From: a virus | Lineage: Duplodnaviria; Caudoviricetes | DNA length: 51,052 nt | Reading direction: 5' to 3' (one strand) | Virus record (IMG/VR): IMGVR_UViG_3300024520_000105 | Coordinates: 1 to 51,052 of that record | Notes under the pieces: model-generated | Database searches by the model: none | What the model saw: only the letters and a program-made list of their open reading frames with translations | What the model was told of the DNA's origin: nothing | Part shown: positions 1-8,036 of the stretch, in pieces | Layout of the letters: the number at the start of each line of letters is the position of its first letter | Position numbering within the stretch: the stretch's first letter is position 1 | Program-made: the position numbers and the translations under genes

Positions 1-218
1 ACGGGTAGCCGTCATAGCCAGTAGGTCTATTGCTATAGGCGTTAATGGTTAGGGACGCAGGGTCGCTTAGAAACCATATGCTTGCCTCTGAGGGTATGTG
101 GGTGGCGATTTGGCCTGCCCATGCCTGTCCACGCTCTCTGTCGCCCTCTACGGTGAAACTGAAGGGGGCTGTTCGTTCAACTCGGCCCTTAACCTCGTAT
201 GGGCGTAAGGATGCCCCA
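1..218. repeat. Terminal direct repeat/assembly overlap, left copy (matches 50835-51052)
   Basis: Direct comparison of the two ends: identical except 4 substitutions. Confidence 0.95.
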
Positions 219-919
219 AAGATATTGGTAGTCCATGCCGTATTGTCCCATGCACTAACTTGGGCTACCCGTCCACTTGCCTCATTGTCTTGGCCTAGCA
301 CGAATCCCGTAACAGTCACTAGCGTATCCTTGAAACTTGTGTTGGTGGCGAATACATCATATGGCGAACTCTGACCCAAACCACGCTCCTGAAAGGTAAC
401 GTCCAACTCGCTATACATCTTCTGTAGGTCCTCAAACACCCATGGGCCTATAATATCGCCTGCCTCTATGGTCCCTGTGCCCCCACCATTCACAGCCCAA
501 TACATAGAGTCATTGTAGTTGGTCCATACATCCCCACCGTCAGGGTCCCATTGTGTGGCCCTTCTCATAAAGTCTACGCCAGCCCTAGCCTGTAGCCCTG
601 TCCATGTAAAGGTCATATTGGGCAAGTCAGCGTTAGTCCCGCCCGTATCTACAGCAGCCCAATCTAGGAAGCTAGTACAGTTGCGTGACAGGAACTGCTG
701 TATGGGTTTCCAGAAGTTAGTGCCCTGTATGTCATCGCCAGCGAGTATGGTGGCTATGCCGTTAGAGCCTATAGCCGTAGCATGCTCATTGTACGTAATC
801 GTGAACTCATTGACTACGTTAGACGCCTGCCACTCTACGCCATTGGTTATGGACGTATAGCTTGCAGCACTTGATGTCATTGCTGTTGCCATGACTATAC
901 TGATAATCCTCTTAAGCAT
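1..919 (-). CDS. 5' part of a ~373 aa signal-peptide-bearing putative virion protein that crosses the circular junction (join 919..1, 50834..50632)
   Basis: Hand translation from ATG 919: MLKRIISIVMATAMTSSAASYTSITNGVEW..., open to base 1; absent from the ORF track because it wraps. Confidence 0.85.
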   Translation of the reverse strand, partial: MLKRIISIVMATAMTSSAASYTSITNGVEWQASNVVNEFTITYNEHATAIGSNGIATILAGDDIQGTNFWKPIQQFLSRNCTSFLDWAAVDTGGTNADLPNMTFTWTGLQARAGVDFMRRATQWDPDGGDVWTNYNDSMYWAVNGGGTGTIEAGDIIGPWVFEDLQKMYSELDVTFQERGLGQSSPYDVFATNTSFKDTLVTVTGFVLGQDNEASGRVAQVSAWDNTAWTTNIFGASLRPYEVKGRVERTAPFSFTVEGDRERGQAWAGQIATHIPSEASIWFLSDPASLTINAYSNRPTGYDGYP

Positions 920-926
920 CTCATCT

Positions 927-1244
927 CTAATTGTGCGCACGAACGAAGTCGAAAAGTAGCACCCCATTCGTTCCTAGTTGCAAAACTGTGTATGTGACCG
1001 TGGCTGCGGGCAATCCGCCCCCCGTCTTAACGTACTCTACAATAACTGACGATTCCGGCCAACCTGACGACCAATCATCACTCTCGCCACCGTCTTCAGC
1101 GTCGTCAAGCTGCGTCTCAAGCTCGGTTATGCGTGTCTCTAGTGCCTTGGCGTGGGCAATCAATTCCGCAATAACCGCCTCCTCATCCTGCCCGAAGCAA
1201 ACGCTTGCACACACAATCAAAAGCAGTATTAGCCAAGCTCTCAT
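927..1244 (-). CDS. Small signal-peptide protein with coiled coil, tail module
   Basis: MRAWLILLLIVCASVCFG-Q; ATGA overlap with upstream stop; heptad stretch. Confidence 0.75.
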   Translation of the reverse strand: MRAWLILLLIVCASVCFGQDEEAVIAELIAHAKALETRITELETQLDDAEDGGESDDWSSGWPESSVIVEYVKTGGGLPAATVTYTVLQLGTNGVLLFDFVRAHN

Positions 1245-3376
1245 TCGTTTGCCCACGTTCCTAAATCAGACGACTCGACCCTTGTTGTGCGCCACTTCCT
1301 ATCACCAATCCTGTCAACCTTAGTGCCCTGCTCTGATACACCGCCCATAGCAGCTGAAGCCGAATCAGAGTCTGCATGGTACGACACAGACTTTAACCAA
1401 GTGAACACTCGCACTTGGTCTATGGCGTCATTGGTGGGGCTTTGCCTGTATTTCCTAGTATTGAAAAGGTTTGTCTGTGTGCCTGTATCGGGGGGCCATG
1501 CGGTGTTGCCGCTAGTCACGTCAGGTATGTACGTCTTTCGGACCACTACATAGGAGCCGTTGGCCTGCAGGTTCTGGTCTATGCTGAATAACTGGTGGTT
1601 AGTAGGCGAAGGAATGCTGGACTGGTACATATCTGTCTGGTTGGTGAAAGCGTCAGAATAAAGCACCTGCGAGTTGGTGGCCGTTAGATGATACCACTCT
1701 ATAGTCTCTGCCTCGTTGCGCTTGCCCCTGCCAGCCTCAAACCTACGCTTAACAAACAGATTAGTACCCCTAGCCAGCGTCTCTTGCGACCTCAGACTAG
1801 CACTACCGTCCTTGTTGTCGCTCACTCTCAGGCTATCCTGAAACCACCCATTAACAGGCTGCCACGCATCCCTGACGCTCTCTATGGCCCCTATAGGTAT
1901 CCCATCGGCCCCTACGATATGCTGCCTGTCCCTGCCATTTGTCCCGCCCCCTATGTCTACATTGATATGGGCGTAGGTATTGGTGGTCAGCAATGACGTA
2001 CCGCTAAGGTTGGCCCACGTATTCGTATGATAGGTGAATACAACTGTATACAGCCCATTAGCGTCTATATCGCTGCTCTTGTCTATGAGCTTATAGGTGC
2101 TAGGCACCGTATCGGTCAGGCTGGCCGCTGCCGTCTTGGTGTAGTTTCTATACACTGAGCGTTTGACCGCATTGGTGCCAAACTCCCACCCTAAAGGATT
2201 GAGGCCGCGCTCACCGTCCAGAGCATCCGTCCCAGTGGTTGCCGCTTCGACTACCCGTTTAAGGGTTGTTTGACGAAGTGCCACACTGCCATCTCCGTTA
2301 TCGGTTACGGCAGCCTCAATAACATTGTATTCGCTAGAATCAGTAAACCCGCTCACAGCGTTGATTGCCTGTGTAGAGTCTATTATCTGTATGCCTTCCC
2401 AAGTCTTGACCCTAGATTCCCCATCCCTTGTACGGTTCCTGTAGGTAATCTCATTGTACGTAGTATTGGTATTACCACTCCATACGTTCCATACATTGGA
2501 CCTAAAGGCCACAGCAAACGTAGCACTGTTGTCCTTCTGTATCTTCCAATGCCTGTCTGAGTATGTCCAGCCTGGTGCGTTGCTTGACACCAACTGGGCG
2601 TCAGTAATGGTGCGCATCACATTGGTCTGCGTCTGCACGTCAGGCGAGATATTGTCCCATATCAGCCCTAAGTTCCGCCCCTCACCCGTCTCAAACCCAA
2701 ATAGCTTAAGTATCTCATGGTCCTCTGTGAGCCTATGGGGCAGACTAGCCAAATCCCCAGCATTGGTCACTAAGGACACTTTACCCAATGTCCTAGAAAT
2801 CTCTATGGCAGCATCATCTAATCTCTTGCTGCTTATCTCGGCTACAACAAATGTGCCCGTATACGTCTGTGCATCAGCAACGGGGTTGGTTACAACAGTA
2901 GCGTCGTTTAGGGAGACGAGTAGGGTGTCTGCGGACTGGGGGTCTACATACGGCCAGAACTGCCTAAAACGGAAGCCTGACGTTTTTGGGTCGCCTACCG
3001 CCTCTCCTAAACGCGCTTCTGAGTCTGGTAAGGAGGTAGCCAAACCAAACTGCAAATGCTCAATAAGTTGCCCATCGCCTGTCTTCCCTCTCTGTATCTC
3101 TACAGAAGATATACGCCATAAACCAGCATATACCCTTTGGTCTGCTTTGGGGTTTGTCTCTGTACGCCTAGCCCTTACGTCTGCTGCCACGTCCTCTAGG
3201 AACCTGTTAGGCACAGCCTTCCAGAACCTAGTCAAGAACCTGTCGCTCTCTAGTGACTTAGCACTAGACGACTTTACCAGTATGGCATTACGCTCATTCA
3301 ACAGAACGCCAATGTTATACTCAGCCCCTAGAGCAGTCGTAGCCAACAACAGTAATACTAGAGCCAAACGCTTCAC
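1241..3376 (-). CDS. 711 aa putative tail/virion protein with N-terminal signal peptide
   Basis: Long ORF after the adaptor; MKRLALVLLLLATTALG-A; Thr/Asn rich. Confidence 0.8.
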   Translation of the reverse strand: MKRLALVLLLLATTALGAEYNIGVLLNERNAILVKSSSAKSLESDRFLTRFWKAVPNRFLEDVAADVRARRTETNPKADQRVYAGLWRISSVEIQRGKTGDGQLIEHLQFGLATSLPDSEARLGEAVGDPKTSGFRFRQFWPYVDPQSADTLLVSLNDATVVTNPVADAQTYTGTFVVAEISSKRLDDAAIEISRTLGKVSLVTNAGDLASLPHRLTEDHEILKLFGFETGEGRNLGLIWDNISPDVQTQTNVMRTITDAQLVSSNAPGWTYSDRHWKIQKDNSATFAVAFRSNVWNVWSGNTNTTYNEITYRNRTRDGESRVKTWEGIQIIDSTQAINAVSGFTDSSEYNVIEAAVTDNGDGSVALRQTTLKRVVEAATTGTDALDGERGLNPLGWEFGTNAVKRSVYRNYTKTAAASLTDTVPSTYKLIDKSSDIDANGLYTVVFTYHTNTWANLSGTSLLTTNTYAHINVDIGGGTNGRDRQHIVGADGIPIGAIESVRDAWQPVNGWFQDSLRVSDNKDGSASLRSQETLARGTNLFVKRRFEAGRGKRNEAETIEWYHLTATNSQVLYSDAFTNQTDMYQSSIPSPTNHQLFSIDQNLQANGSYVVVRKTYIPDVTSGNTAWPPDTGTQTNLFNTRKYRQSPTNDAIDQVRVFTWLKSVSYHADSDSASAAMGGVSEQGTKVDRIGDRKWRTTRVESSDLGTWANE

Positions 3377-3738
3377 TATGACATATCCCCCCGTACACCT
3401 CTAGGAGTCTGGGACGCCCTATACTTGCGCCTAACCTGATTCAGCTTCCTATCGTACCTAGCCTCTATAGCAGGCAGGCTTTCTATGGTGTACTGTGCTT
3501 CGCCCTGAATGTAGAAATCCATGCCGATAGACAAGGTGTTCTCATACAGTTGGGCGTCCAAAGGTATCTCAGCTTCTACGCTGTCTATGCGTGTAGTGCC
3601 TACACCTATCCTGTTCTCAAAGTCGTCAAGGACTGAGTTGCCCGAATCTATGACAAGCTGTTGAAAGGTAGGAGACTCGGCTGACGCACCATACTTGCGG
3701 GCCTTCCTGTCTAGGAGGTCATGGAACTCGATACCCAT
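3376..3738 (-). CDS. Putative head-tail adaptor/connector
   Basis: 120 aa, helical, located after the capsid genes; no signal peptide. Confidence 0.5.
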   Translation of the reverse strand: MGIEFHDLLDRKARKYGASAESPTFQQLVIDSGNSVLDDFENRIGVGTTRIDSVEAEIPLDAQLYENTLSIGMDFYIQGEAQYTIESLPAIEARYDRKLNQVRRKYRASQTPRGVRGDMS

Positions 3739-3747
3739 TGTAGCCCC

Positions 3748-4176
3748 CTATTCTTTAGCAAATATGACTGTAGCCTTTACTGTGCTGTTGGTTGCTGTAG
3801 CCGCATAGGACTTCAGTATAACCTTCTCGTCATACATCACGTATCGCCCGCCAACACCATTGGTGATGAACGTGCTATTAGCAGTGATATTATCAGCAGA
3901 ATACAGCGTTCTCTCAGGCCAACCTATATCAACCACATTGGTCGTCACTATGTCCACGTCTACAGTGTTCACACCCGTAACCTGAATGTAAATCATCTCA
4001 ACGAAGCCACGCACCTTTGAGCTAGTGACAGCATCAACGGCTTGTGTGAACGAGCCAATGCTAACATCCGTTAGCTTCAATACGGGCGCAACTGAGGTCA
4101 AAGAACTCTTCGGCCCAGCCATGCTACATGTAACAGCCAGCAAGCTTATAATCAGAGTTTCTATTATTTTCTTCAT
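3748..4176 (-). CDS. Signal-peptide-bearing beta-rich putative virion protein
   Basis: MKKIIETLIISLLAVTCSMA-G; GGAG RBS. Confidence 0.75.
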   Translation of the reverse strand: MKKIIETLIISLLAVTCSMAGPKSSLTSVAPVLKLTDVSIGSFTQAVDAVTSSKVRGFVEMIYIQVTGVNTVDVDIVTTNVVDIGWPERTLYSADNITANSTFITNGVGGRYVMYDEKVILKSYAATATNSTVKATVIFAKE

Positions 4177-4188
4177 ATCTTCTCCAAG

Positions 4189-4219
4189 TAGCCTGGGGGC
4201 GGATTACACCCCCAAGCTA
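4189..4219 (-). terminator. Intergenic stem-loop (terminator or processing site)
   Basis: tagcctggggg...cccccaagcta inverted repeat. Confidence 0.5.
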
Positions 4220-4227
4220 TAGCTTGT

Positions 4228-5106
4228 TTAGTTGTCACCTACATTCTTGCCATTGATAACAATAGTACCATTGACGAAGTTAGTTGTGACCTCTGTGAAT
4301 GCACTACCTGCAGCAGCATCTACCACGCAGTTAAGCGAGACAGTGATACCTGAAGCAGTGCCGTCGAGGACCAAGTTTCCTGTAGTCGAAACGGTGTCAT
4401 ACACGTTAGTGACCTGTATTGGCGTGTTGGTTGAGGCAAAGTTAATCTCTGTGCCACTCAACGCACCAAACCCAGACGCAGCAGAACTACCAACACCAAA
4501 CGTCCACTTGTTAGTGGCGTCCATGTAGATGTTGGTTGCGTTAAGCGTCAGGTCATTGACAACAGTACCGTCAAAATTCCATAAACCTTCTGGAAGATTG
4601 AGCAACACTACGCTGCCAATAGCATTAGTCGTATCGTCTGCCGCAGGCGTCATCACTATCGGAGTGAGTGCCAGCGTCATCGTTATTGTCTTGTTGCCGT
4701 TCTCGGCATAGGTCAGTGCAACCGTAGACTGAGCGTTGGTTCCGCTACCAGAGCCATCAGTGCCAACAGTCGTGCCACTAGCGAATACGCCAGCGTCTAC
4801 CGTCAGGGTGATGTCGCCAGTACGGGATGTCTGCTCAAACTTAGCAGTGCCTGTACCTTGACTAAGGTCAAACAGTTCTGCGCCATAAGCAATAACCGAC
4901 AAGCCAATAACGGCTATAACGGCCAATATGCCTATACGTGCTGAACCAACTTCGCCTTTCTTCTTGCCGTCACTAGGACGCCCAAGATGAGATTCGGCGA
5001 ACCGACCCCAGTTTTCCTGCATCCTGCGTACTACTGCACACAGGTTATCTACTTTCTTCTCAAGCTCTTCTACAGAGCTAACTTTTTCTTTCGCTGCCAT
5101 TATCAT
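4228..5106 (-). CDS. Capsid-adjacent protein: N-terminal coiled coil, internal hydrophobic signal/TM segment, TN-rich beta domain
   Basis: VEELEKKVDNL heptads; IGILAVIAVIGLSVIAYG-A; GAGGAGG RBS. Confidence 0.8.
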   Translation of the reverse strand: MIMAAKEKVSSVEELEKKVDNLCAVVRRMQENWGRFAESHLGRPSDGKKKGEVGSARIGILAVIAVIGLSVIAYGAELFDLSQGTGTAKFEQTSRTGDITLTVDAGVFASGTTVGTDGSGSGTNAQSTVALTYAENGNKTITMTLALTPIVMTPAADDTTNAIGSVVLLNLPEGLWNFDGTVVNDLTLNATNIYMDATNKWTFGVGSSAASGFGALSGTEINFASTNTPIQVTNVYDTVSTTGNLVLDGTASGITVSLNCVVDAAAGSAFTEVTTNFVNGTIVINGKNVGDN

Positions 5107-5129
5107 GGCCTCCTCTTAGTTAGAGGGTG

Positions 5130-5161
5130 AGGCGGGGCTAAGGTCAGCCCCAACCCCGCCT
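5130..5161 (-). terminator. GC-rich stem-loop after the major capsid gene
   Basis: aggcgggg...ccccgcct inverted repeat. Confidence 0.55.
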
Positions 5162-5171
5162 TTAATTACCC

Positions 5172-6125
5172 TTATGCACCCGCGTTGCCGCGAATTGAAT
5201 GCGGCCTGTCCGCACCCGTAACATATACCATCCTCATGCGGGTTGCCCACACATCAGGATTACCAGCCACGTCAAACGACTGGCTCTCAGGGCGTTTGCC
5301 CCAGTACCAGAACAGTTCGTACAGGCTGTCTTTCGGACCGCTACCGAAGTAAGCAGTCGTGCTTGTCAGATAATCCCAAACTCTGTAGCTCAGGTTGTAT
5401 TCCGTGAGGAAGTTCTTATCGTTCAAAGCAGAACCAGGCTTCTGTGCAGAACCCAGCTCAGTGATTGCCGTATCTTCCAAGTCAGGAGGAATGATTACCT
5501 GCTGCATATGGATAGGGCGCACACGTCCACGCTCATTCGTATTCTTTCTGAAGTTAAGGCGCATAGTACCAACAGAACTCTGAGTCAGGCTAGAAGCCGT
5601 TTCCTCGTTGCCCCAAGTACCAGCAGCAGTATCTTCGCGATTACGGTCCGAATCAACCAGATTCATGCCATCAGCACAAACCCAAGCTACGGTAGTAGCA
5701 AAAGCTGTGTTGAACGGCAAAGCCGCGTAAAGTTCAATGGTGTCGCGAGCAGACTGATTAAGGTCAGCCATGCGCTTGTCGATAACATTGAACATGTCAG
5801 TTTCTCTAAGGCGTCTTTCAACCTGTATAGCCAGTCGATAAACTTCTGGCGTATAGCTGTTGTCGAAACCTTGGATTTTGTTAGCAAGAGGCATTGAATC
5901 AACATCACGGTTCTTAGGTGCAATACCTGTGCTTGTGATGTATGAATGTCTCTCTGTGTCTTTGTCTGTGTCACGCTGCTGCCAGAAGTCCAATCCTTGG
6001 ATTGGTTCCTGCCATGTGCGTTCTTTCACAAACGCGAATCTCTCGTCCAGCACATCCCCGAAGTTTTCCTTCATTAGGGTGCCAGGAGCCGAGAAATAAT
6101 TGGTAAGTGCAGATGCAGTTGCCAT
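5172..6125 (-). CDS. Major capsid protein (HK97 fold, Mu gpT-like)
   Basis: 317 aa; CADGMNLVDSDR and VIIPPDLE motifs; position after scaffold and cement genes. Confidence 0.85.
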   Translation of the reverse strand: MATASALTNYFSAPGTLMKENFGDVLDERFAFVKERTWQEPIQGLDFWQQRDTDKDTERHSYITSTGIAPKNRDVDSMPLANKIQGFDNSYTPEVYRLAIQVERRLRETDMFNVIDKRMADLNQSARDTIELYAALPFNTAFATTVAWVCADGMNLVDSDRNREDTAAGTWGNEETASSLTQSSVGTMRLNFRKNTNERGRVRPIHMQQVIIPPDLEDTAITELGSAQKPGSALNDKNFLTEYNLSYRVWDYLTSTTAYFGSGPKDSLYELFWYWGKRPESQSFDVAGNPDVWATRMRMVYVTGADRPHSIRGNAGA

Positions 6126-6141
6126 TTTCTATCTCCTTAGC

Positions 6142-6636
6142 TTACGCTGGTGCGGCTTCAAGTGCCACTGTCAGAATCTTGCAGTGTACCTTAGCCTTCG
6201 TATCGCTGTTGTTATACTCTGCTGGCGAGAAATCCCCACCGAGAGCTACTATTTCGAGCGCGTCGTTGCCAGTATCACCGACATCAACAGTACACACGTT
6301 AGACGTAACGTCTAGCGCATAGAACTGACCGCGATTCGAAACAGTTACTGAGCCGTCAAGCTCGTTCATTTCAAAGATGGTGTCTCTAGTAATGAGTCCA
6401 ACTTCGATGTCCGTCGTGCTGTTCCCTGGGTCTGTCTGGTCCGCAAGAGCGAGAAACTTGATTCCGCCCGTACCAGAAGCTGCATCAGACGCACAAGCCT
6501 TCAAAAGACCATTAGTGTCCAAAAACAGAAACTGTCCAGCCTTCCAAGACTGACCGCTGAGAATAGCATATGTACCCGTAGGCATGGCGGTTCCTTTACC
6601 GACCACTTCTGGGTTTACTGCTACCAATGTTGCCAT
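6142..6636 (-). CDS. Putative capsid cement/decoration protein
   Basis: 164 aa, beta-rich, immediately upstream of the capsid gene. Confidence 0.6.
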   Translation of the reverse strand: MATLVAVNPEVVGKGTAMPTGTYAILSGQSWKAGQFLFLDTNGLLKACASDAASGTGGIKFLALADQTDPGNSTTDIEVGLITRDTIFEMNELDGSVTVSNRGQFYALDVTSNVCTVDVGDTGNDALEIVALGGDFSPAEYNNSDTKAKVHCKILTVALEAAPA

Positions 6637-6640
6637 TGTA

Positions 6641-7048
6641 TTATTCCTGTATTAAGCCATCGTACTGGTCACCCTGTCCAGTTTCGGCATCGTCAAGCTG
6701 CATCTCTGCAAGCTTGGCTGGGGCATCTCGGAACATGTCCGAAACTTCCTTTGGCCTCATCCATAAGGGGTCACCACCATGGCTGTATTGTTCCCTAGAA
6801 CCGCCCTCTTCTTTGGCGGCCTTCATTGCTGGCACGTAGCCCAAACGCTTAGAAGTATCACCAGACTCTCTAGGGCTGCGATAACAGAATGCCATTCCTG
6901 CGGCATCTGAACCAAGGGCTTCCCTCGCCTCTTCGACTATCGCTGCTCTGTCGTCTTTGTATACTTCCTGAATTATGTCAACCTCTGGTGCCTTCTTTCT
7001 AGGTCTGCCAGGGCCGCGCTTCTCTTTTGCGTTGTTTACTCTAGGCAT
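6641..7048 (-). CDS. Hypothetical head-module protein with AT-hook-like RGPGRPRKK
   Basis: ORF track; GGAGG RBS. Confidence 0.65.
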   Translation of the reverse strand: MPRVNNAKEKRGPGRPRKKAPEVDIIQEVYKDDRAAIVEEAREALGSDAAGMAFCYRSPRESGDTSKRLGYVPAMKAAKEEGGSREQYSHGGDPLWMRPKEVSDMFRDAPAKLAEMQLDDAETGQGDQYDGLIQE

Positions 7049-7051
7049 GAC

Positions 7052-7780
7052 TTATCCCTCCCCTACAGTTATGACATTGGAATTGGTCCTATCGGGCCAT
7101 AGATTACGCGCTATCTCTTGCGCGACTTCTTTACGCTTCAGTGCTGGGTCCTCGACTGGGGGCGTAGAACGCCTACCAGTACCTGCGGGACTCAACTCGT
7201 CAGGCTCCAATGATGGGCTGCTACTCATAGATTTGCTATAAGTACGAGCAGCCTCTAACTGCTTTGATGGGGGTAGTGCCAAGAACCATCCCTCACCCGC
7301 TAATTGGGCAATGACTGGTTCAAGCTGTCTGCGCTCAGGACTTGTCCGGCTGTCTACATAGCTCGCTATGATTTGGTCCTTCTCTTCCTGTAACGCAACT
7401 ACTTCATCACGCATTTTCTTCATTTCAGCCGCCATCATCTGCTGAGTTGCCGCCAACGGATTATCGTCATATAACTCCGTCCAGTTGACTTCAGGCTCAG
7501 GTGTTGTTGGCTGGGCTAATAGTGCCTCTTTTACCCCTTGAAGTTTGGCAATCTCTTCTCTCATGCGTGATGTTTCGGCATGAAACTCTGACTGCTTCTC
7601 TTTAAGGGCCGTCTGCGTATCTTCAATACGCTTGAGGTCCACTTGTGCTGCCTCTGATGGAGTCCCAGTGGCTGGGGCATCTTCAGTAGCGGGCACGTCT
7701 TCCGTTTGACTGGTGGGCCGAGAATCCTCATGCGTTGGCATCAGGGTCGTTCCAGAATCAGTCTCAGGTACGTCTGCCAT
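7052..7780 (-). CDS. Putative scaffolding protein
   Basis: Acidic, coiled-coil, between portal and capsid; ATG 7780 with AGGAG RBS. Confidence 0.65.
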   Translation of the reverse strand: MADVPETDSGTTLMPTHEDSRPTSQTEDVPATEDAPATGTPSEAAQVDLKRIEDTQTALKEKQSEFHAETSRMREEIAKLQGVKEALLAQPTTPEPEVNWTELYDDNPLAATQQMMAAEMKKMRDEVVALQEEKDQIIASYVDSRTSPERRQLEPVIAQLAGEGWFLALPPSKQLEAARTYSKSMSSSPSLEPDELSPAGTGRRSTPPVEDPALKRKEVAQEIARNLWPDRTNSNVITVGEG

Positions 7781-7799
7781 TGACCTTCTCCTACTTGTC

Positions 7800-8036
7800 T
7801 TATCTCTGTCGCAGACGGCTACGCAACTCGCGCAACCTATCAATCTGCTTCAATTCGCCTCTACAAACTGCCGTGTCCCTCTCTGACAAGTCCTCTCGTT
7901 TTAGTCGTTGAACCACGTCTTGTTCGACTTCGTTGAGGTACGGCAAAAATGCTTCATCCCATTCAGGAAGGCTTGCCAGGTGCTTTACACCGTCACAAAC
8001 CTTCTGGTCTTTTATCCTGTCAAAAACTGTCGTCAT
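7800..8036 (-). CDS. Small conserved post-portal protein
   Basis: 78 aa, CRGELKQI motif, ATGA-coupled to the portal gene. Confidence 0.65.
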   Translation of the reverse strand: MTTVFDRIKDQKVCDGVKHLASLPEWDEAFLPYLNEVEQDVVQRLKREDLSERDTAVCRGELKQIDRLRELRSRLRQR

